64,000 nt of DNA from Thermoanaerobaculia bacterium (GTDB lineage Bacteria; Acidobacteriota; Thermoanaerobaculia; Multivoradales; UBA5704): the NCBI GenBank assembly GCA_045807625.1, contig JBJMHA010000085.1:38831-102830 (forward strand), read 5' to 3'. Below, in pieces: positions 55,490 to 63,730 of this stretch (its first letter is position 1; each line of letters starts with the position of its first letter). Position numbers and translations under genes: made by a program. The notes beneath the pieces were generated by a model that saw nothing but the letters and a program-made list of their open reading frames with translations, made no database searches and was not told where the DNA came from.

Positions 55490-56169
55490 CGGAGCGGAGC
55501 GAAATGGAGGCGGCTCTGGAGGCGATCCTCTTCGTCTCCTCCGAGCCGGTGCCGCGGATCAAGCTCCTGGAGCTGTTCGAGGAGGAGGAGCGCGAGCAGG
55601 CGGCCGAGGCGCTGGAGGCGGTGCTCGCCCGCTACTCGGGGGACGAGGGGCGGGGCGTGCTGGTGGAGGACGTGGCCGGCGGCGTGCGCCTGGCGACCCG
55701 TCCCGAGGTGGTAGGCTGGCTGCGCCGTTTCTTCGACGTCTCGGGAGGAAACAAGCTCTCGATGGCGGCGCTGGAGACCCTCGCCATCATCGCCTACCGC
55801 CAGCCGGTCACCGGTCCGGAGATCCAGGAGCTGCGCGGCGTCAGCGCGGTCGGGGTGCTCAAGACCCTGCTCGAGCGGCGCCTGGTGCGCATCGTCGGCC
55901 GCAAGGAGGTGGTGGGCAAGCCCTTCCTCTACGGCACCACGCGGGAGTTCCTGGTCCACTTCGGTCTCAACAGCCTGAAGGACCTGCCGCCGCTCGAGGA
56001 GCTCGAGGAGAGCTTCGGCTCGGGCGACGCCGGCGAGGTGGCCCGGCTCGCCGAGCTGGCGGGTATCTCGTCAGGCGGCGAGGTGGCAGCCGCGGCCGGC
56101 GAGGACCAGGAGGAGGCGTTCCTGCGCGAGGTGGCCGAGTTGGAGGAGCGGGAGGCGGAAATTCCATGA
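55486..56169 (+). CDS. scpB: Segregation and condensation protein B
   Basis: EAILFVSSEPVPRIKLLELF...VRLATRPEVVGWLRRFF...LSMAALETLAIIAYRQPVTGPEIQELRGV winged-helix pair. Confidence 0.9.
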   Translation: MTERSEMEAALEAILFVSSEPVPRIKLLELFEEEEREQAAEALEAVLARYSGDEGRGVLVEDVAGGVRLATRPEVVGWLRRFFDVSGGNKLSMAALETLAIIAYRQPVTGPEIQELRGVSAVGVLKTLLERRLVRIVGRKEVVGKPFLYGTTREFLVHFGLNSLKDLPPLEELEESFGSGDAGEVARLAELAGISSGGEVAAAAGEDQEEAFLREVAELEEREAEIP

Positions 56170-57131
56170 GCGAGGAGCGCATCCAGAAGATTCTGGCCCG
56201 CGCCGGGGTCGCCTCGCGCCGCAAGGCCGAGGAGCTGATCGAGCAGGGTCTCGTCACCGTCAACGGCCGGGTGGCCGGGCTGGGCGACAAGGCGGACCCG
56301 GAGCGGGACGCCATCAAGGTGGACGGCAAGCGGGTGCAGCCGGCCTCCCAGGAGCACCGCTACCTCCTCCTCAACAAGCCCAAGGAGGTGATGTCCACCG
56401 TCTCCGACCCGGAAGGGCGGAAGACCGTCATGGACTTCGTGCCGCCCGGGATGCGCAAGGCGCTGGTCCCCGTGGGCCGTCTCGACTACAACACCGAGGG
56501 CCTGCTGCTGCTCACCGACGACGGCGAGCTCGCCCAGCGGATCGCCCACCCACGCTACGGCAGCACCAAGACCTACGAGGTCAAGGTCAGGGGGACACCC
56601 CCCGAATCGCAGCTCGACCGCCTCCGCAACGGCGTGCTGATCGAGGGGCGGCGTACCGCTCCGGCCAAGATCACCGCCCGCAACCCCTACAAGCCGCTGG
56701 GGGGACGCCGCCGGGGGGAGCCCGAGAGCGACAACTCCTGGTGGATCGTCGAGATCGCCGAGGGACGCACCCGCCAGATCCGTGAGATGTTCTTCCAGAT
56801 CGGCCACCCCGTGCAGAAGCTCCGCCGGGTGGCGATCGGCCCGCTCCGCGATCCCGAGCTGCCGCTGGGAGCCCTGCGGGAGCTGAGCGAGCAGGAGGTC
56901 CGCAAGCTCCTGAGGTCGGCTCGCGCCCCAGAGGAGAAGAAACAGGAGAAGAGGCCGGCTCCCAGGAAGGCCGCTCCCAAGAAGGCCGCCGAGGGCGCCA
57001 GGCCGAAGCCGTCGCCGGAGAAGCCCGCGCGGCCGGCGGCGAAGAAGAGATCCGCGCCGGCCAAGCGGGCCGGCGCGAGAAAAGGGACGCCGGTACGGAA
57101 AGCGGCCCGCAAGCCCAAGGGGGGCCGGTGA
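56166..57131 (+). CDS. rluB: 23S rRNA pseudouridine synthase (RluB/RsuA family) with Lys/Ala/Pro-rich C-terminal tail
   Basis: From ATG 56166 (ATGA overlap with scpB stop): S4 domain MSEERIQKILARAGVASRRKAEELI..., catalytic GRLDYNTEGLLLLTDDGE; the long upstream ORF 55422.. is an artefact. Confidence 0.9.
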   Translation: MSEERIQKILARAGVASRRKAEELIEQGLVTVNGRVAGLGDKADPERDAIKVDGKRVQPASQEHRYLLLNKPKEVMSTVSDPEGRKTVMDFVPPGMRKALVPVGRLDYNTEGLLLLTDDGELAQRIAHPRYGSTKTYEVKVRGTPPESQLDRLRNGVLIEGRRTAPAKITARNPYKPLGGRRRGEPESDNSWWIVEIAEGRTRQIREMFFQIGHPVQKLRRVAIGPLRDPELPLGALRELSEQEVRKLLRSARAPEEKKQEKRPAPRKAAPKKAAEGARPKPSPEKPARPAAKKRSAPAKRAGARKGTPVRKAARKPKGGR

Positions 57132-57805
57132 GCCGCTCTCCGCTGATCGTGGCCATCGACGGCCCCTCCGGCGTGGGCAAGAGCACCGCGGCGCGCCGGC
57201 TCGCCCAGCGGCTGGGAGTCCCCTTCCTCGACACCGGCGCCATGTACCGGGCGATCGGCCTCAAGGTGCTGGAGAGCGGCGTCGATCCGCTCGACCGGGG
57301 GGACGTGATCGCCATCGCCGCCGAGGCCGACGTGCGGCTGGGCCGGAGGGAGGACGGCAGCTTCGAGGTCCTGCTCGACGGCGAGCCGGTCGAGGCGCGC
57401 ATCCGCACCCCGGAGGTGGGGGAGGCGGCCTCGGCGATCGCCTCCTACCCCGAGGTGCGCCAGCGCATGGTCCTCCTCCAGCGCGACGCCGCGGAGCACT
57501 TCGGCGCCGTCCTCGAGGGGAGAGACATCGGCACCCGGGTCTTCCCCGACACCCCGTACAAGTTCTTCCTCGACGCCCGCTCCGACGTCCGCTTCAAGCG
57601 CCGCTACGAAGAGCTGACCGCCGCTGGTCAGCCCGTCACCTTCGATCAGGTGATCGCCGAGATCAGCCGCCGCGACCTGCGCGACAGCACCCGCACCGAC
57701 TCCCCCCTGACCCGCGACGCCTCCTACAACTTCATCGACTCCTCGGACCTGACGATCGATCAGGTGGTGGAGAAGATGGCGGAAGAGATCGGGCGGCGGG
57801 GGTAG
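57128..57805 (+). CDS. cmk: Cytidylate kinase
   Basis: GTG start; IVAIDGPSGVGKSTAARRLAQRLGVPFLDTGAMYRA P-loop and CMP-binding motifs. Confidence 0.9.
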   Translation: MSRSPLIVAIDGPSGVGKSTAARRLAQRLGVPFLDTGAMYRAIGLKVLESGVDPLDRGDVIAIAAEADVRLGRREDGSFEVLLDGEPVEARIRTPEVGEAASAIASYPEVRQRMVLLQRDAAEHFGAVLEGRDIGTRVFPDTPYKFFLDARSDVRFKRRYEELTAAGQPVTFDQVIAEISRRDLRDSTRTDSPLTRDASYNFIDSSDLTIDQVVEKMAEEIGRRG

Positions 57806-57828
57806 AGGGGTTCGGCTATCATGGTGCC

Positions 57829-58044
57829 ATGTCACAACCGTTGATCGACCTTCAATACGTCTCGGACGAAGAAGGCAACCCGACCGCGGTCATCGTCCCG
57901 ATCGATCTCTGGCGCGAGATCGCGTCTGAGCGGGAGACCGCTTACCTCCTCCAGAGCGAAGCCATGAAGCGGCGCCTCCTCGAAGCCAGGGAGCGCCGGG
58001 AGGGGATGTCGCTGGAGGAGGTCCGTGAGAAGCTTGGAATTTGA
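57829..58044 (+). CDS. YefM/Phd-family type II antitoxin-like protein
   Basis: MSQPLIDLQYVSDEEGNPTAVIVPIDLWREIASERETAYLLQSEAMKRRLLEARER: C-terminal ETAYLL.S..N..RLLE pattern of YefM. Confidence 0.6.
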   Translation: MSQPLIDLQYVSDEEGNPTAVIVPIDLWREIASERETAYLLQSEAMKRRLLEARERREGMSLEEVREKLGI

Positions 58045-58160
58045 TCCGGCGGCGTTCTCTGATCTCGCCTGGTGGGTGGAGCAGGATCGGAAGAGAGCGC
58101 TGAAGGTTATGAAGCTCATCGAATCTGTACAGCGCGACCCGTTCAGCCGGCAACCATCTT
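58025..58160 (+). pseudogene. Truncated YoeB-family toxin gene (N-terminal ~40 codons)
   Basis: GTG-start ORF overlapping antitoxin end: VRSLEFDPAAFSDLAWWVEQDRKRALKVMKLIESVQRDPFSRQP matches YoeB N-terminus (W.E....YW...D.K...KI..LI.....PF.G.GKPE) then loses homology; no YoeB C-terminal catalytic segment in any frame. Confidence 0.45.
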
Positions 58161-58241
58161 GCAATCTCCTTCCGGGAGGAACGGCGGCCGGGCCGCCAGC
58201 TCTCCACTCCAGGAATGCCAGCACAGCAGAAGGAGGACCGC

Positions 58242-58772
58242 ATGGGTCTCATCGATTTCGTCAAGAACGTCGGTCATAAGCTCGACCTCGGCCATAACCA
58301 GCACCAGCAGGCACAGTCTCCCGCCCAGGCGTCTCAGGCCAGCCAGGGGCCGTCCCAGCAGCAGGCCGCGCAGCTTCAGGAGAAGCAGAAGGAGACCGCG
58401 CTCGCCAACCTCGTCAACCAGATGGGGTTCCACGTCCAGGACCTGTTCCTCGACGTCGAGGGGGACAAGGTCACGGTCAGGGGCAAGGCCAACAGCCAGG
58501 AGCAGAAGGAGAAGATCGTCCTGCTGCTCGGCAACAGCGAGGGGATCGGCTCCGTGGACGACCAGCTCCAGGTGGCGAATCCCGAGCCCGCGGCCCAGTA
58601 CTACGACGTCAAGCCGGGGGACAACCTCTCCAAGATCGCCAAGCAGGTCTACGGCGACGCCAACAAGTACCACCAGATCTTCGAGGCCAACCGCCCGATG
58701 CTCAAGGACCCGGACGCGATCTTCCCCGGACAGAAGCTCCGCATCCCGGCCGCGGCGGCGGTCCACGCCTGA
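58242..58772 (+). CDS. BON domain / LysM peptidoglycan-binding domain protein
   Basis: ATG 58242 (ORF-track arithmetic) with AGGAGG RBS; Gln-rich linker; BON-like segment (GFHVQDLFLDVEGDKVTVRGKANSQEQKEKIVLLLGNSEGIGSVDDQL); C-terminal LysM (YYDVKPGDNLSKIAKQVYGDANKYHQIFEANRPMLKDPDAIFPGQKLRIP). Confidence 0.75.
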   Translation: MGLIDFVKNVGHKLDLGHNQHQQAQSPAQASQASQGPSQQQAAQLQEKQKETALANLVNQMGFHVQDLFLDVEGDKVTVRGKANSQEQKEKIVLLLGNSEGIGSVDDQLQVANPEPAAQYYDVKPGDNLSKIAKQVYGDANKYHQIFEANRPMLKDPDAIFPGQKLRIPAAAAVHA

Positions 58773-58776
58773 TTTT

Positions 58777-58804
58777 GTAGGGGCGGCCCTATGTGGCCGC
58801 CCTG
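58777..58804. repeat. Single REP unit (GTAGGGGCGGCCCTATGTGGCCGCCCTG)
   Basis: Direct reading, 5 nt after the LysM gene stop; between convergent genes. Confidence 0.6.
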
Positions 58805-58807
58805 TCT

Positions 58808-59950
58808 CTATTTCGCCGCCGTCTTCAACGGCACGAACCGGGGCTCCGAGACGGTCTTGCCGTCGAACACCCGCAGCACCAGCCCGGACCCCTGGGCCGT
58901 GGCCGCGCAGCCGGTGAGCAGGATCCAGTCGTCCCCCTTGGGGACCAGGATCTGGGTGATGCCCAGCTTCTCGCCGTTCTTGGTCTTCACCTCGCCGGGC
59001 ATCTCGGTCAGCTTCAGCCAGTCGCCGCTCTGGGTGAGACGGGAGAGGACGATCTTCTCCTCCGAGGGGACCCGGTGGTCGTACCAGACGAGGCGGAGGG
59101 CGCCGCGGTGGTCGCCGAAGGGGAAATCCACCCAGTAGTCCTTCCCCTGCCGCCAGATTCCGACCGTGCCCTGCGTCCCCCAGGGGGTCCAGGTCGAGCG
59201 GCGCCAGGTCTTCCCCGAGTCGGACGAAAGATAGACCACCCCGTCCCCGGAGACGTAGGCCGCCGAGGTGCCGGTCAGCGCGATGAGCTGGCCCCGCCGC
59301 TCCACCTTGATCCCGGGGAGGCCGGTCACCCACGTCTCCGGCGGGCCGGAGGCGGAGAAGAGGCCGGTGCCGGTGAGGACGCCGTCCTTGCGCTGCGGAG
59401 CGGGGAGCGCCGAGGGATGGCCCACGGCGGCGACGATCATCGATCCCCGGTTCCGCCAGTCCTTCCCCTCGTAGCGGAAGGCCCAGGCCTGCTCCTGGCC
59501 GGCTTGGCCGCTCACCCCATGGAGGAGGAACCAGGGGGCCCCGGTCTGGTCGTAGGTGGGGTCCGCGGTCGAGGCGATCGGCGCGGAGAGTGAATCGCCC
59601 AGGGGCTCCCAGGTCCCCGAGCTCCAGCGGACCGGCTGGATGCACGAGGGCCCGCAGGGGACGACCGCGATCACCGGCCCGGGTCCCACCGAGCCGCCGT
59701 AGCGCCCCTTGGGGTCGTCCGGCCAGGCGCGGGCCTCCCGGCCGTCGCCGTCGAGCTCCACGATCCAGCTCGATTGGCCGTCGGCGATGGGGGGAACGGA
59801 GAAGAGGGTGCGGCCGGACGAGGTGTCCATGCCGATCAGCGTCAGGGCCGTCGAGCCGTCGCAGATCGGGGGAGCGGCGGCGACCGGGATCGCTCCCAGG
59901 GAGAGAGTCAAGAGAGCCGCCGCGGAGCGAAGAAGAACACGAGAGCTCAT
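58808..59950 (-). CDS. Secreted BNR/Asp-box repeat protein (sialidase-like beta-propeller), unknown function
   Basis: Signal peptide MSSRVLLRSAAALLTLSLGAIPVAAA; Asp-box SxDxGxTW (LSSDSGKTWRR); beta-rich, W/G-rich repeats. Confidence 0.65.
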   Translation of the reverse strand: MSSRVLLRSAAALLTLSLGAIPVAAAPPICDGSTALTLIGMDTSSGRTLFSVPPIADGQSSWIVELDGDGREARAWPDDPKGRYGGSVGPGPVIAVVPCGPSCIQPVRWSSGTWEPLGDSLSAPIASTADPTYDQTGAPWFLLHGVSGQAGQEQAWAFRYEGKDWRNRGSMIVAAVGHPSALPAPQRKDGVLTGTGLFSASGPPETWVTGLPGIKVERRGQLIALTGTSAAYVSGDGVVYLSSDSGKTWRRSTWTPWGTQGTVGIWRQGKDYWVDFPFGDHRGALRLVWYDHRVPSEEKIVLSRLTQSGDWLKLTEMPGEVKTKNGEKLGITQILVPKGDDWILLTGCAATAQGSGLVLRVFDGKTVSEPRFVPLKTAAK

Positions 59951-59998
59951 GGGAATCCCTCCCGGGGAAATTCAGGAAAGCTGGTCAGGGACCACAGA

Positions 59999-60090
59999 GA
60001 CTCCAGAGACAGCAGGGACAAAAAACACCGGTTCCGGAGGCATAGTACTCCTGTCGTCCCTGAAGTCTCTGGTGTCCCTGCTGTCCCTTT
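59999..60090. repeat. Large imperfect inverted repeat rich in CAGGGAC/CAGAGAC motifs (~37-nt arms, ~15-nt loop); probable terminator/regulatory hairpin
   Basis: cagggaccacagagactccagagacagcagggacaaaaaacaccggttccggaggcatagtactcctgtcgtccctgaagtctctggtgtccctgctgtccct; lies between the 3' end of the leucine dehydrogenase gene and the 5' end of the BNR protein gene (both minus strand). Confidence 0.45.
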
Positions 60091-60096
60091 CTCGAC

Positions 60097-61188
60097 TCAG
60101 AGCTCGGCGCGCCGCCGGATCGTCCGCACCCAGTGCTGCCCGCCGAGCCCCTTCACCCGGGCGATGCGCTCCTCGGCCAGCCGGTCGGCGGCGAGGTAGG
60201 TGGGGATCGACTGCGTGCGGGCGATCTCGAACAGGCGCGCCATGTTGGCGAAGATGCCGCGGGCCATCCGCATGGCCACCTCGCGGTTGTAGCCCACCAG
60301 CTCGTTGTAGACGTTGATCAGGCCGCCGGCGTTGATCACGAAGTCCGGGGCGTAGAGGATCCCCCGGTCGTGCAGCTCCTGGCCGTGGCGGTCCTCCTTG
60401 AGCTGGTTGTTGGCGGCCCCGGCCACGATGCGGCAGCGGAGCCTGGGGATCGAATCGTCGTTGATCACCGCCCCGAGGGCGCAGGGGGCCACCACGTCGC
60501 ACTCGACCTCCAGGATCTCGTGGACCGGGACGATCTCGACCCCGAGCTCCTCGCGCGCCCGGGCCGTGGTCTCGGGATCGATGTCGGTGCCGAAGACCTT
60601 GGCCCCCTCGTCGCGCAGGAACCGCGCCAGGTTGTAGCCGACGCTGCCGAGGCCCTGGATGGCGACCGAGCGCCCCTTGAGCGAGTCGTCGCCCAAGTGC
60701 TGGACGGCGGCCTTGATCCCCTGGAGGGTGCCGAAGGCGGTCACCGGGGAGGGGTCGCCGCCGCCGCCCGCCTCGGGGGGGAGCCCCGTGACCCAGCGGG
60801 TTTCGTGCTGGACGACCTCCATGTCCTCGGTATTGGTGCCGATGTCCTCGGCGGTGATGTAGAAGCCGTTGAGCGACTCGACGTAGCGGCCGAAGGCGCG
60901 GAGCAGCTCCTCGGTCTTGTCCTTCTTGGCGTCGCCGATGATCACCGCCTTGCCGCCGCCCAGGTTGAGGCCGGCCGCCGCCGCCTTGTAGGTCATGCCG
61001 CGGGAGAGGCGGAGGACGTCGAGCATGGCCTCCTCGGTGCTGCCGTAGGGCCACATCCGGCACCCGCCGAGCCCGGGGCCGAGCACGGTCGAGTGGACCG
61101 CGATGATGGCCTGGAGACCGACGTCCGGATTGGAGCAGAAGAGCACCCGCTCGTGACCCATCTCCACCATCTGCTGGAAGAAATCCAT
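60097..61188 (-). CDS. ldh: Leucine (branched-chain amino acid) dehydrogenase, Glu/Leu/Phe/Val dehydrogenase family
   Basis: MDFFQQMVEMGHERVLFCSNPDVGLQAIIAVHSTVLGPGLGGCRMWPY...KAAAAGLNLGGGKAVIIGD and Rossmann GLGSVGYNLARFL; start at internal ATG 61188 by alignment logic (ORF track starts at 61197). Confidence 0.85.
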   Translation of the reverse strand: MDFFQQMVEMGHERVLFCSNPDVGLQAIIAVHSTVLGPGLGGCRMWPYGSTEEAMLDVLRLSRGMTYKAAAAGLNLGGGKAVIIGDAKKDKTEELLRAFGRYVESLNGFYITAEDIGTNTEDMEVVQHETRWVTGLPPEAGGGGDPSPVTAFGTLQGIKAAVQHLGDDSLKGRSVAIQGLGSVGYNLARFLRDEGAKVFGTDIDPETTARAREELGVEIVPVHEILEVECDVVAPCALGAVINDDSIPRLRCRIVAGAANNQLKEDRHGQELHDRGILYAPDFVINAGGLINVYNELVGYNREVAMRMARGIFANMARLFEIARTQSIPTYLAADRLAEERIARVKGLGGQHWVRTIRRRAEL

Positions 61189-61314
61189 CACAATCAATCC
61201 CTTTCTGTCGGGGAGGAACCCTGGAGAGGGGTCCGGTATCAGAGGCCCTGCGGCGCGTAGTCTACCCGATGGCGGGGTGGGGGAGAAGGGTGGGGGGAGG
61301 AGGCCGTCAGGTTT

Positions 61315-61412
61315 GTAGGGGCGGCCCTATGTGGCCGCCCTGGGCGGGGGAAATTCCCTAACAGACAACGCGCCCACCCCCCCTGTGCGGCCACATCGGG
61401 CCGCCCCTGCAA
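61315..61412. repeat. REPIN with degenerate right arm (GTAGGGGCGGCCCTATGTGGCCGCCCTG ... CTGTGCGGCCACATCGGGCCGCCCCTGCA)
   Basis: Direct reading; right REP head mutated GTAG->GCAG; between leucine dehydrogenase gene start and bcp gene end. Confidence 0.65.
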
Positions 61413-61424
61413 CAGGTCGAAGAC

Positions 61425-61895
61425 CTACAGCGACCCCAGAGCCGCCAGCACCGCCTCGTCGTGGCCGTCCACATTGACCTTCTTCCAGACCTTGCGGACC
61501 TTGCCGTCGCCGTCGATCAGGAAGGTGGAGCGCTGGATGCCCATCGATATCTTGCCGTACATGTTCTTCTCCCGCCAGGCGCCGTAGCGCTCGGCCACCT
61601 GGTGGCCGGCGTCGGCGAGGAGGGGGAAATTGAGGCTGTACTTGTCGCGGAACCGGCCGTGGCTGGCCACGTCGTCCGGGGAGACTCCGAGGACCACGGC
61701 CCCCTTGGCCTGGAGGTCCTGGCTGCGGTCGCGGAAGGCGCAGGCCTCCCTGGTGCAGCCGGGCGTATCGTCCTGCGGATAGAAATAGAGCACCACGGGG
61801 TTGCCGCGGAGTTCGGATAGCTTGACCTGCTTGCCGTCATCGGCGGGCAGGGTGAAATCCGGGGCGGTCTCGCCCTCTTCGACCCAATCGGACAT
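61425..61895 (-). CDS. bcp: Thioredoxin-dependent peroxiredoxin Bcp
   Basis: From ATG 61895: MSDWVEEGETAPDFTLPADDGKQVKLSELRGNPVVLYFYPQDDTPGCTREACAFRD; peroxidatic Cys in TPGCT motif. Confidence 0.85.
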   Translation of the reverse strand: MSDWVEEGETAPDFTLPADDGKQVKLSELRGNPVVLYFYPQDDTPGCTREACAFRDRSQDLQAKGAVVLGVSPDDVASHGRFRDKYSLNFPLLADAGHQVAERYGAWREKNMYGKISMGIQRSTFLIDGDGKVRKVWKKVNVDGHDEAVLAALGSL

Positions 61896-62076
61896 TCCGG
61901 ATTCTCCTCTCGAAGTGAAAAGTCGCGGCGCGAGGCCACGGAGCGGCCCGGCGGGATGGGGAGAGTGTACAAGATCGCGCGGCAGATCGTTCAAGGGCAT
62001 TCTTTTTTTAGGATGGCATGGTATATTTCGATTATAACTTAGGGGCTAAAAATCCCTGGCTCAGAAAGGAGCTTCG

Positions 62077-62298
62077 ATGAGAACGAGAAGGTTGACGATG
62101 ACCGTCCTGGCTCTCCTCCTGACCGTCGGCGCCGTCATCAGCTCAACTCCCGCAAAGGCCATCGTCTACCCACCCTGCGATGAAATCTGCCCGGATCAAC
62201 CCGGGTCGACCAAGTGCTCGTGCCCGGCCGGGACCAACCTGGCAGGTCGGACGGTGACCTGCAGCAGCGCGGATTGGGACTGCTTCTACATCGATTAG
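62077..62298 (+). CDS. Small secreted cysteine-rich peptide A (73-aa precursor, 6 Cys)
   Basis: AAAGGAG RBS; MRTRRLTMTVLALLLTVGAVISSTPAKA|IVYPPCDEICPDQPGSTKCSCPAGTNLAGRTVTCSSADWDCFYID; AT-rich upstream region; paralogous to 62546..62752. Confidence 0.55.
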   Translation: MRTRRLTMTVLALLLTVGAVISSTPAKAIVYPPCDEICPDQPGSTKCSCPAGTNLAGRTVTCSSADWDCFYID

Positions 62299-62545
62299 AG
62301 AGGCGGTAGGCAAGGTGAAATCGGCGAGGCGGCGATTTCGCCTTGCCGGTTCGATCGGAATCCGGGGCCGGCTCTGGACTGCGTTGCCTCCCGCATCCGG
62401 AACGCCACCCCATCCCAAATCTTGAACGGCTCACGGAAGGGGGTCTCCACCACCTCCGGATCGACTTGGAGCTCGTCTCCTTTCTGCCGTCCGGAGCACC
62501 GTGTAGAGAGAGGACCGGAGCCTCCGGCCTCGAAAGGAGGAACCC

Positions 62546-62752
62546 ATGAGAAAGCTGTTCGGTCTTGCGGTCCTGCTCGGTCTCGCGGCGCTCGTGCCGG
62601 CGCCCCGCGCCGAGGCGATCGGCTATCCACGGTGCGATCTCTACTGTCCGACCACGACCGGCAACTGCTCGTGCCCGTCCTGGACGGACCGGCCCGGGCA
62701 TCTCACCATCTGCACGTCCTGGAATTCCGTGGGTGGTTGCTGGTACGAATGA
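62546..62752 (+). CDS. Small secreted cysteine-rich peptide B (68-aa precursor, 6 Cys), paralog of peptide A
   Basis: AAAGGAGG RBS; MRKLFGLAVLLGLAALVPAPRAEA|IGYPRCDLYCPTTTGNCSCPSWTDRPGHLTICTSWNSVGGCWYE; same Cys spacing pattern (AI.YP.CD..CP...CSCP......T.C.S....C). Confidence 0.55.
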   Translation: MRKLFGLAVLLGLAALVPAPRAEAIGYPRCDLYCPTTTGNCSCPSWTDRPGHLTICTSWNSVGGCWYE

Positions 62753-62761
62753 TCTTTCTGA

Positions 62762-63712
62762 CTACCCCTTCCGCATCCGGAACGCCACCCCATCCCACAG
62801 CCTGAACGGCTGGGCCCCGTTCATCACCAGCACGAAGCCGGCGGCGCGGCTGAGCTTGCGGACCTCGGCGCGGTCCTCCTCGGTGCTGTCCCGATAGGAG
62901 AAGTGGAGGATGACGAACTCGCCGCCGGGCTTTAAAACCCGGGCCGCCTCGTGGAAGTGGGTCTCCACCACCTCCGGTCCCGCCTGGTGGACGTAGGGGA
63001 AGGAGTCCACCGCGTAGACGAGGTCGAAGCGCTCGGCCGGGAAGTCGGCGAGGTCGCGGCCGGAGCTGACGGAGAAGAAGACGTTGGGGAGCCCCGCGCA
63101 GCGCCGGCGGGCGGTCTCGACCATCTTCGGCGAGATGTCGATCCCGTGCGCCTCGCCAACATAGGGGGAGAGCGCCGCCTGCATGCGGCCGATGCCGCAG
63201 CCGATCTCCAGGGTCGACCGGCCGGGGCCGAGGAGATTCCAGTCCTGGAGCTGGGCGACGACCTCCTCTGTGACCCGGGAGAGGATTCCGGGGTCGCCGA
63301 GGGAGTAGGCGGCCACGCTCGCCTCCTCGTTGCGGGTGACCGAGCGGTCGAAAAAGCGGCGGAAGGTGGCGACGATCTCCTCGGGCGGGCCGGACATCCG
63401 CATCGGATCGGGGTGCTCGCGCAGCATGTCCGCCACCCGCTCGCACCCCTCCCGGTGGTCGTGGAGGAGGACCGCCATCTCCCGCAGCCGGGGATCGAGG
63501 GGGCGCCCCCAGCGCCGGGCCACGGAGGCGAGGAGCTCGTCAGTCTCCTCGGCGCCGCCGAGGGCGAGGAGGAGGCGGGAGAGCGCGATCACCGGCGAGA
63601 TGTCGTCCGTGAGCAGGTCGAGCAGCACCTCGCGGGCGATCTCCGGCTCGACCTCGCCCAGGCGGACATCGATCTCCTTCCAGTCGAGCGCCGCGTCGTC
63701 CATGGCCCGCAT
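62762..63712 (-). CDS. Class I SAM-dependent methyltransferase with N-terminal helical domain
   Basis: From ATG 63712 (MRAMDDAALDWKEIDVRLGEVEPE...); motif I TLEIGCGIGRMQAAL, ...GIDISPKMVETARRR..., VYAVDSFPYV, LKPGGEFVI. Confidence 0.75.
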   Translation of the reverse strand: MRAMDDAALDWKEIDVRLGEVEPEIAREVLLDLLTDDISPVIALSRLLLALGGAEETDELLASVARRWGRPLDPRLREMAVLLHDHREGCERVADMLREHPDPMRMSGPPEEIVATFRRFFDRSVTRNEEASVAAYSLGDPGILSRVTEEVVAQLQDWNLLGPGRSTLEIGCGIGRMQAALSPYVGEAHGIDISPKMVETARRRCAGLPNVFFSVSSGRDLADFPAERFDLVYAVDSFPYVHQAGPEVVETHFHEAARVLKPGGEFVILHFSYRDSTEEDRAEVRKLSRAAGFVLVMNGAQPFRLWDGVAFRMRKG

Positions 63713-63730
63713 TCTGCCTGAAATCCCCTG

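Noticed and set aside
55422-57131. 569-aa extended ORF upstream of rluB
   Set aside because: N-terminal 250 aa are Gly/Arg-rich overlap of scpB in another frame; true start is ATG 56166 at the S4 domain with ATGA overlap to scpB.
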